Shown piece by piece: positions 47,466 through 53,905 of a DNA stretch of 53,905 nucleotides (positions within the stretch are counted from its first letter, which is position 1; each line of letters starts with the position of its first letter). The stretch comes from a virus (lineage: Duplodnaviria > Caudoviricetes), in IMG/VR virus record IMGVR_UViG_3300048836_001050, positions 1 to 53,905 of that record; one strand, 5' to 3'. A program made the position numbers and the translations under genes. Below the pieces are notes generated by a model that was given only the letters and a program-made list of their open reading frames with translations, did no database searches and was not told the origin of the DNA.

Positions 47466-47538
47466 ATTCTAAGCGTTATAAACACACTTGTCAAGTTTTT
47501 TGAACTAACTATCATTTATAAGCGTTTATTAGCACTTA
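47466..47538 (-). promoter_or_regulatory. early lytic promoter and candidate operators of the genetic switch
   Basis: Minus-strand TTGACA (47494-47489), 17 nt, TAGAAT (47471-47466); related boxes TAAGCGTT...CACTT at 47470-47489 and 47519-47538. Confidence 0.75.
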
Positions 47539-47551
47539 ATGAGGTGCTGAA

Positions 47552-48034
47552 ATGGCAACGTCCATCCCAGTCCAGAGAATTTTTATGTCACGCAGAACTC
47601 CTTCAGGTCGTCGTCCTATGGGTGGAATCGGTGGAAGTGATCGCCTGCCACCTGTCTATGCCTCTGAGGACTTTGTTCAAAAAGTCACTGAACAGGCCGA
47701 TGCGTCAGGTATGGGCTTTTCGGAATTTGGACGCGAAGCGTTTCAGTTCTATATCGAGCATCGTGGCACCAAACGTGAAAACGAGATCGCCTTCGAGCTG
47801 AGCGAGCGCGACATGAGCGAGTTGGCAAAGCTTTCCGACGACGCGCTCAAGCTGGACGACCCCGACTTGTTCGCCAAAATGATCGTGCGCCGGGCGCTGG
47901 ATTTGGGGCCGGAAGTGGTGCGCGAGTTTCTGCTGGGGCAAGTCAAGCGCGAGGTGGCAGCGCGCGTGGAAGCGGAGAACGAAGCGCGGGCCAACACGCC
48001 GACTTCTTCGCGCAAGACGCGCAAAGCGGCTTAG
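47552..48034 (+). CDS. putative immunity repressor with RHH-like domain(s)
   Basis: Divergent from the Cro-position gene; LPPVYASEDFVQKVTEQADASGMGFSEFGREAF and a second similar unit. Confidence 0.55.
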   Translation: MATSIPVQRIFMSRRTPSGRRPMGGIGGSDRLPPVYASEDFVQKVTEQADASGMGFSEFGREAFQFYIEHRGTKRENEIAFELSERDMSELAKLSDDALKLDDPDLFAKMIVRRALDLGPEVVREFLLGQVKREVAARVEAENEARANTPTSSRKTRKAA

Positions 48035-48048
48035 CAATTCAAAACATC

Positions 48049-48666
48049 ATGTCCGCCCCCGCCTGCGATTATTATCCCGATCCGCCGGTATGCGGTTACG
48101 AACCGGAGTACTCCCGACCTGCGGATTTATCGTGGATGAAAAGTTGCCTAAAGACGCAACATCGGCCTCGGGTGATACATCGGTCTCAGCCGCAACCTCG
48201 GGCCGGAGCAGAGCGGTCGTTGGGAAGCACTCCGCTTTTCCTCGTGCCGCACAGCAGCGCGGCTAACGGGCTGCGCGAAGAGTTTGCGCCGCCGTCGTTA
48301 ACCGTCATCGCGGGCGGAAAAACCGCCCAAATGAAAGCCCTGGTGGAAGAACCGCGACGCGACGGTGTGGCCGTGGTGGTGGAGTGCGCGGCGGAGCTGG
48401 AGTGGGTGTGCCAGGTGTTCAAGCTGGAAGCCAACGAGCGGGCGATTTTGGACGTGGAGCCGCACCTGCGCCGCGTGACGCGCGCAGCCAATCAGCTCAC
48501 GCGCGAAGCCGCACGCGTACGGCGCAAGCAATTAATGAACGAATCTGACGATAGTTTGTTTTTGGAATTGGAGATGAACAACTCCAATGAGCACTCTGTG
48601 CGGATTCCAGTGTTTAACAATCTGGACGCTGCTGTCGAATACCTGAAGCGGCGGCGCGAGAGATAA
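48049..48666 (+). CDS. hypothetical protein
   Basis: 205 aa ORF after the repressor candidate; start uncertain. Confidence 0.55.
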   Translation: MSAPACDYYPDPPVCGYEPEYSRPADLSWMKSCLKTQHRPRVIHRSQPQPRAGAERSLGSTPLFLVPHSSAANGLREEFAPPSLTVIAGGKTAQMKALVEEPRRDGVAVVVECAAELEWVCQVFKLEANERAILDVEPHLRRVTRAANQLTREAARVRRKQLMNESDDSLFLELEMNNSNEHSVRIPVFNNLDAAVEYLKRRRER

Positions 48667-48711
48667 GTTCGTTTGCATCGGTTCACCGGCAGAACCACTA
48701 AGGAGTAAAAA

Positions 48712-49380
48712 ATGCAATGTCCCGCGTGTAAATACATGATGGATTCGTTTGACACCGAATGTCCTCGGTGTCAAGGAAAAGGAATCGCACCGGCTCCCAC
48801 TGCACCGCCGCCTCCAACTCCCCCGGCGCAAAAGCAGACGCTGCCTCCTGCCCCTCCCGCAGCGCCGACACTTTCACCTGCCCTGAAAAACGTCGGGTTT
48901 TGCTACAAATGCGGGGAAAAGATTCATAAAACAGCCGCTCACTGTAGCCACTGTGGGGCCATGCAGGGGAAGCAAGTCGGCGGGTTCCCTTGGGGCAGCG
49001 TCATCGGCGGCCTATTTTTGATTCTTTTGGTTGGCGGCGTTCTTTATGGTTTTAAGTTCGCGGGCGGCTTAATTAACAGTGATGGCACGCTGACCGACGA
49101 CATCAAAGTCACCAGGAAAATCAAAGTCACCAAAGAAGAGCTTCAAGATCAGATTCAATCGGAATACACCAGCGAGCTATTGGCGAAACAAACTGACGTG
49201 GAATCAAGCGAAAAGGTATCATGCACGAAGGTTGAGCTGGTGAAGGAGTCTGAAACCGATGTCGCCATCAAATACACCGGTTTTGCCGAGTTGTCCGACA
49301 ACACCAGTATTGATGTCGTCGTCACCATCGATAAGAGCGACGGAAGCAGAATTTGGAAAACGGGCCGTGGGCGTTCGTAG
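48712..49380 (+). CDS. double zinc-ribbon membrane protein
   Basis: CPAC..CPRC, Pro-rich linker, CYKC..CSHC, TM, extracytoplasmic domain. Confidence 0.8.
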   Translation: MQCPACKYMMDSFDTECPRCQGKGIAPAPTAPPPPTPPAQKQTLPPAPPAAPTLSPALKNVGFCYKCGEKIHKTAAHCSHCGAMQGKQVGGFPWGSVIGGLFLILLVGGVLYGFKFAGGLINSDGTLTDDIKVTRKIKVTKEELQDQIQSEYTSELLAKQTDVESSEKVSCTKVELVKESETDVAIKYTGFAELSDNTSIDVVVTIDKSDGSRIWKTGRGRS

Positions 49381-49434
49381 GGGCATGACGTAGATATAAA
49401 CGGCCACCGGCAGGCCAGCTTTGGAGAAACCAAT

Positions 49435-50610
49435 ATGGATTTCATCGAACAGTTGCAACAACTCGCCAAGCGCATTCCGGCTTTATGCGAGCACTTGCAA
49501 ACCGAAGAAGCAACCAAAAACGCCCTTGTGATGCCGTTCATCGCCGCTTTGGGTTACGACGTTTTTAATCCGCTTGAAGTCGTTCCCGAACTGAACGCCG
49601 ACTACGGCACCAAAAAAGGCGAAAAGGTGGATTACGCCATCAAAAAAGACGACAAGATCATCATGCTTTTCGAGTGCAAGCACTGCGGCGGCGATCTTTC
49701 CATTGATCATGCTTCCCAACTCTTTCGCTACTTTTCCGTGACCGAAGCGCGCATCGGAGTACTCACCAACGGCATGACGTATCGCTTTTTCACCGATCTG
49801 GAATCGCCCAACAAAATGGACGAAAAGCCTTTTTTGGAAGTGAATATGCTGGAGCTAAGCGAGGCGGCGGTCAGTGAACTGAAAAAACTCACCAAGCCTG
49901 CGTTCAATTTGGACGAGCTGATGACCTCAGCAGGCGAACTCAAATACACGCGCGAAATCAAGCGCTTGCTGGCCGAGCAGATGGCCGCGCCATCGGAAGA
50001 ATTTGTGAAGCTGTTCGCTTCCAAGGTTTACAGTGGCGTGCTGACGCAGGGACGTCGCGAGTTTTTTACCGACATCACCAAGCGCAGTTTCAATCAATTG
50101 GTCAATGAGCGTATCAATGTACGCCTCAAGTCGGCACTGTCCGCGCCGGGCGATACCGAGCGCGACGCGCCGACCGTCGCAGTAGATGACACGGACAGCG
50201 TTACATCCGCATCTGTTGCTGAAGCCGAAGTTTCTACACCCTCGCGCGAAGATCTACTCGAAACCACCGAAGAAGAATTGGAAGGGTTTTACATCGTGAA
50301 GTCCATGCTGCGCGATGCCGTCGAACCGTCGCGGATCACGCATCGCGATACGCAAAGCTACATGGGCATTTTGCTGGACGACAATAATCGCAAACCTTTG
50401 GCACGTCTTTATTTCAATCGCTCACAAAAACATCTTGGGCTGTTTGACGAGCAGCGAAATGAAGAGCGCCTGCCGATTGACGACTTGAACGACATCTATA
50501 AACACGCCGCGAAACTCAAACGCGTACTGGCGTTTTACGAAAAAAGTGCAGAGAGAGGCGACGGTGCCGGAGGCGAAGCGTCTGGCGACAATGATGCGCC
50601 GGGCGCTTGA
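49435..50610 (+). CDS. stand-alone type I restriction HsdR N-terminal-like nuclease protein
   Basis: TEEATKNALVMPFIAALGYDVFNP...EKVDYAI...FECK...QLFRYF...LTNG. Confidence 0.85.
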   Translation: MDFIEQLQQLAKRIPALCEHLQTEEATKNALVMPFIAALGYDVFNPLEVVPELNADYGTKKGEKVDYAIKKDDKIIMLFECKHCGGDLSIDHASQLFRYFSVTEARIGVLTNGMTYRFFTDLESPNKMDEKPFLEVNMLELSEAAVSELKKLTKPAFNLDELMTSAGELKYTREIKRLLAEQMAAPSEEFVKLFASKVYSGVLTQGRREFFTDITKRSFNQLVNERINVRLKSALSAPGDTERDAPTVAVDDTDSVTSASVAEAEVSTPSREDLLETTEEELEGFYIVKSMLRDAVEPSRITHRDTQSYMGILLDDNNRKPLARLYFNRSQKHLGLFDEQRNEERLPIDDLNDIYKHAAKLKRVLAFYEKSAERGDGAGGEASGDNDAPGA

Positions 50611-50688
50611 AGAAATCGCAGGAGTCGTTGATTGAGTACAGATATCTAAAAAAGCAAGCACCGGCAGCTTAGCTTTCATGAGTAAAAA

Positions 50689-50820
50689 ATGCAATGTCCC
50701 GCGTGCCGTTACATGGTGGACGACTTCGATAAGGAGTGCCCGCGCTGCCACGGCCAGGGTATCGCGCCGCCACCAGAAATGGCTGACCGCAGCCAGGGCG
50801 GGAATTTGCCGGGATTTTAA
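50689..50820 (+). pseudogene. 43-aa truncated paralogue of the 48712 gene
   Basis: MQCPACRYMVDDFDKECPRCHGQGIAPPP; shares GAGTAAAAAATGCAATGTCCCGCGTG with the 48712 gene start. Confidence 0.7.
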
Positions 50821-50857
50821 TCAGGGACGGGATTTCGTTCAGTCCGGGAGGATTTCG

Positions 50858-52069
50858 ATGAGGAAGATAAAGCTGGTATTGGTGTTCGCGCTGGTGGCGA
50901 TGGTGAACTGCTCCGCTCCCATTTTTGCCCAAACCGTCAACGACTATTATCAGGCGGCGCAGGCCAAATCCGCACAAGGGGATCACGAAGGCGCCCTCGC
51001 TGCCCTCGATACCGCCATCAAGATGAACCCCAAGCTGTGGGAGCTTTACGACGCCCGAGGCAAGCAGTACGCTTACTTGGGCAAACTAAAGGAAGCCTAC
51101 GACGATTTCACGGCGGCGATCGGAATCAATCCCAACTCCTTCGAATCGTATAGCAATCGTTCCACGATCCTGGCGGACGGGGGGCATTACGCGCTGGCGG
51201 TCGCCGACGCCGATGCTGCAATCAAAATCAACCCGAATTTCTCCTCGGCTTACTCAAACCGGGCCCGCGCCGAATCAATGCTCGGCCACTATGAAAAGGC
51301 AGTCGCCGATTGTGATCAGGCCATTCTGCTCGATCCCAAAAATACCAACGCCTATAACTCGCGCGGCGCGGCCAACTATAAATTGGAGCGCTACGCGGAC
51401 GCGATTGCCGATTACAGCAAAGCGATTGAACTTGATCCGGCCTACGCCCTGCCTTACAACAATCGCGGCCTGGCCAAACAGTGGCTGAACGATTACCGCG
51501 GGGCGATTGCCGACCACACCAAAGCGATCGAACTCAATCCGAAGTACACCAACGCTTACTATTCGCGGGCTCTTTCCTTTTATCTGTTGCAGGACTGGCA
51601 AGCGTCGCTGGCGGACTTTCGACAACTGCTGGCGCGCTCGCCCCAAGGCGCTCTCGCCAAATCCGCACATCATTTCATCTGGATACTGCGCCACCGGCTG
51701 ATCCCGCCCGACCAGGCGCCCGCCGACAGCCAAAAGGAACGGGAAGCGGCCACTGCGGAATTGAAGAGATTTTTCGCATCCCTACCGGGCTCCGGAGTGC
51801 GGGACTGGCCGTCCCGGCTCGCCGATTTTCTCAGCGGGGCACTGACCGAGCAGGAGTTGCTGGCCGCCGCCCGGACCGACGACGAAAAGACGACGCAGGG
51901 ACAGTTGGGCGAGGCGCATTACTTTGCGGGGCTGAAGCGACTGATCGAAGGCGATCGGGCCGGCGCGATCAAGCAGTGGGAGCGAGCCGTCGCGCTAAAA
52001 GCCAAGACCTTTGAATCACGAGCGGCAGCGATTGAGTTGGCGAATGTGCAAAAAGGAAGGGCACAGTAG
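50858..52069 (+). CDS. exported tetratricopeptide-repeat protein (NlpI-like C-terminus)
   Basis: Signal peptide MRKIKLVLVFALVAM..., repeated AY.NRG...AIADY.KAIEL.P units. Confidence 0.9.
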   Translation: MRKIKLVLVFALVAMVNCSAPIFAQTVNDYYQAAQAKSAQGDHEGALAALDTAIKMNPKLWELYDARGKQYAYLGKLKEAYDDFTAAIGINPNSFESYSNRSTILADGGHYALAVADADAAIKINPNFSSAYSNRARAESMLGHYEKAVADCDQAILLDPKNTNAYNSRGAANYKLERYADAIADYSKAIELDPAYALPYNNRGLAKQWLNDYRGAIADHTKAIELNPKYTNAYYSRALSFYLLQDWQASLADFRQLLARSPQGALAKSAHHFIWILRHRLIPPDQAPADSQKEREAATAELKRFFASLPGSGVRDWPSRLADFLSGALTEQELLAAARTDDEKTTQGQLGEAHYFAGLKRLIEGDRAGAIKQWERAVALKAKTFESRAAAIELANVQKGRAQ

Positions 52070-52139
52070 CTTGGCGATCGCCTTTTGACAAAAAGCCAGA
52101 CCACAAGCGGTCACCGGCAGGCCGGCGACGATCTTAGGC

Positions 52140-52280
52140 GTGGAAGTCGGCGGTGGGCGCGTGAACAACATCGGGCTGATGGCGCAGCGCCAGAACGGGA
52201 TTCTGTTTGGGTTTGGGGCTTCCATCGTGAGCGCCATTGTTTATTTTTTGCTGCAAAACCAGATTAAGCAGAGTGAGTAA
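52140..52280 (+). CDS. small single-TM protein or gene remnant (46 aa)
   Basis: Not in the ORF track. GTG start: MEVGGGRVNNIGLMAQRQNGILFGFGASIVSAIVYFLLQNQIKQSE; lies exactly between two repeat copies. Confidence 0.5.
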   Translation: MEVGGGRVNNIGLMAQRQNGILFGFGASIVSAIVYFLLQNQIKQSE

Positions 52281-52321
52281 AAGCGGCCACCGGCAGGCCA
52301 GCGAGTGGGAGAGTTGAGACG

Positions 52322-52636
52322 ATGGCAGAATACAAAATTTCAAGACTATTGACAGTCGGAGTACTGCTAATGCTATTGATCGGCTGTAGTGCCGGTCATC
52401 AAGTCATCACGCTGGACGAATATAATCAGGTCAGCGACGGTATGTCCTATTCGCAAGTCGTTTCCATCGTTGGCGAGGACGGCAAGGAAAACTCCAGCAG
52501 TACCATGCCGGGTGTTCCCGGCTACACAGAGGCCATCATAACCAAAGCCTATTCTTGGCAAAACGCCGATGGCTCCAACATGATCTGTATGTTTCAAAAC
52601 GATAGGCTGATCAGTAAGGCGCAGGCCGGGCTTTAG
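52322..52636 (+). CDS. DUF3862/BLIP-like lipoprotein
   Basis: Lipobox LIGC; YNQVSDGMSYSQVVSIVG...YSWQNADGS...FQND...KAQAGL. Confidence 0.8.
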   Translation: MAEYKISRLLTVGVLLMLLIGCSAGHQVITLDEYNQVSDGMSYSQVVSIVGEDGKENSSSTMPGVPGYTEAIITKAYSWQNADGSNMICMFQNDRLISKAQAGL

Positions 52637-52677
52637 AGAAAAATGCAGTGGCTGCAAGCGCAACCACTAATCCTAAC

Positions 52678-52776
52678 ATGCCTTCTTCCTCCTCTCCTGG
52701 CGCCGCCATCACCGGCAATCCCGCACTCGAAAACGCCGTCTGGCTTTCGCCCGAGGCCATCGAGCCGAATCCGCTA
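52678..52776 (+). pseudogene. orphaned 5' stub of parB
   Basis: Encodes LENAVWLSPEAIEPNPL, which aligns without gaps to FENAVFLDINSIESSPF of the parB at 53457. Confidence 0.6.
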
Positions 52777-52794
52777 CTCGAAAGAAAAGCGCGG

Positions 52795-53421
52795 TTATTT
52801 AGATTTAGCTCTGACTGGAGCGGTAAGTGCTCGCTCTACATCCCACCCTGCCGCCAAGCGGCGCTGAAGCGTACTGTATTCGATCTGCATATCTTGCGCC
52901 CAAGCCGCGAGGCATTGGGTTTTACCCTGGAAGGTAAGTCTTCGGTTCGTGTGTTGATTGCGGTTTTGCTCTTTTGTCGTCGCCCATCGGCAATTTTCAG
53001 GGCAGTAGTTACCGTCATTGTCAATTCTATCCAAGGTCATTCCGTTCGGCGGTTCGCCCATGTCGTCAAGGAAATTTTCAAAACTGCGCCATCGCTCACA
53101 AACACCAATGCCCCGGCCACCGTATCTTGGATAATTGTCGTGCGCCGGATTAGTACATCGCTGGATCATGGAAGTCCACCGCGTGTAGGCAGAAGACCGG
53201 CACATACGGTGTTTGGCCTTAAATAAAGAGGAGGAGTTATGCCGCAGGCATCCACATGACTGTACTGCGCCTTTACGCAGATGCCCTGTCCTGACGCGCT
53301 TCAAGCCGCCGCAATCGCAACGACATTCCCAGTACACGCCATGTCCTTGCTGAGACTCTGCTTTTCGAAGAACCACCAGCCGGTTAAATCTCCGGCCTAT
53401 TAGATCGAGTTTCGTCGGCAT
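52795..53421 (-). CDS. free-standing HNH homing-endonuclease-like protein
   Basis: WECRCDCG...SCGC, YGGRGIGVCERW, TLDRIDNDGNYCPENCRWAT..EQNRN; GGAGG SD. Confidence 0.88.
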   Translation of the reverse strand: MPTKLDLIGRRFNRLVVLRKAESQQGHGVYWECRCDCGGLKRVRTGHLRKGAVQSCGCLRHNSSSLFKAKHRMCRSSAYTRWTSMIQRCTNPAHDNYPRYGGRGIGVCERWRSFENFLDDMGEPPNGMTLDRIDNDGNYCPENCRWATTKEQNRNQHTNRRLTFQGKTQCLAAWAQDMQIEYSTLQRRLAAGWDVERALTAPVRAKSK

Positions 53422-53456
53422 AACACCTCCATTAAACGCTTACTGATGAATTTTAC

Positions 53457-53905
53457 ATGACTAATAACATCGCCGTTTTACCATTTGAGAATGCTGTTTT
53501 TCTTGACATTAACTCAATCGAAAGCAGCCCCTTTCAGCCGCGCCGGGAATTTCCCGAAGCCGAAATGCGCGAGCTGACGGATTCGATTCGCACCCACGGC
53601 GTACTCCACCCCATCGTCGTGCGCCCGGTGAAAGGTAAAAAGCACAAGGGCGTCGCCTACCAACTGGTGGCGGGCGAGCGGCGCTGGCGGGCGGCAACGG
53701 CAGCGCACCTGAAACTGCTCCCGGCGACCGTGCGGGAGATGAGCGATTTTGAAGCGGCCACGCTCGCTTTGGTCGAGAACATTCAGCGCAACGATCCCGA
53801 CGACTGGGGCATGGCCGAGCGGATGCGCTGGCTGATGCAGGAGCACGAGCGCCGCCACAAAGCGCCCATGAGCGAGCGCCAGCTCGCCAGGCAACTGGGA
53901 AAAAG
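53457..53905 (+). CDS. parB: ParB/Spo0J-family protein, truncated by right window edge
   Basis: Not in the ORF track. Manual translation: ...SPFQPRREF...LTDSIRTHGVLHPIVVR...LVAGERRWRAA...ALVENIQRND...SERQLARQLGK. Confidence 0.9.
   Translation, partial: MTNNIAVLPFENAVFLDINSIESSPFQPRREFPEAEMRELTDSIRTHGVLHPIVVRPVKGKKHKGVAYQLVAGERRWRAATAAHLKLLPATVREMSDFEAATLALVENIQRNDPDDWGMAERMRWLMQEHERRHKAPMSERQLARQLGK

Larger units (their letters stand above)
132..49764. repeat. highly iterated palindrome GAGTACTC (extended GGGAGTACTCCC), dispersed
   Basis: About 32 exact 8-mers counted by eye; six full 12-mers at 597, 3182, 5822, 16996, 31876, 34883. Confidence 0.92.
48679..52302 (+). repeat. dispersed intergenic repeat, core CACCGGCAG (consensus GCGGYCACCGGCAGGCCRGC), 5 copies
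   Basis: Cores at 48684, 49405, 50659, 52112, 52288, each 28-34 nt before a start codon. Confidence 0.85.

Noticed and set aside
50678-50857. N-terminal extension of the TPR ORF in the track
   Set aside because: The signal peptide starts at ATG 50858; the upstream DNA encodes the zinc-ribbon stub in another frame.
48679-52302. Dispersed repeat as a CRISPR array
   Set aside because: Copies are short, degenerate and separated by whole genes; no cas genes.
52648-53226. 192-aa plus-strand ORF as a real gene
   Set aside because: Only the first part is a parB-like stub; the rest is antisense to the HNH gene.

Overview
The window is most of a temperate, probably long-tailed (siphovirus-like) phage or prophage genome, cut at both edges. 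Read right to left on the minus strand it runs: genetic switch (~47.2-48.0 kb), early genes with an AAA+/DUF1257/DUF2997/DUF3150-like module, Gp157, replication initiator with iterons, C5 methyltransferase, lysis cassette, ParB-methylase, terminase, portal, minor head, scaffold, capsid, neck, tail tube, tape measure and tail genes, then a glycosyltransferase/methyltransferase pair. A plus-strand accessory array lies at 48-53 kb, followed by an HNH gene and parB. No integrase, tRNA, CRISPR or reverse transcriptase is visible. The DUF1559-type prepilin suggests an Armatimonadota/Planctomycetota-like host (inference). The most striking observations are: (1) a highly iterated palindrome GAGTACTC (consensus GGGAGTACTCCC), about 32 exact copies by manual reading, analogous to cyanobacterial HIP1; (2) a prepilin whose cleavable leader looks like a ribbon-helix-helix DNA-binding domain; (3) two tiny antisense membrane genes that copy a segment of the phage's own tape measure protein; (4) a small integron-like attC cassette array; (5) a conserved repeat in front of the accessory genes; (6) an HNH gene that appears to have replaced the 5' end of parB. 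All calls are from manual reading and motif recognition; no database searches were run.
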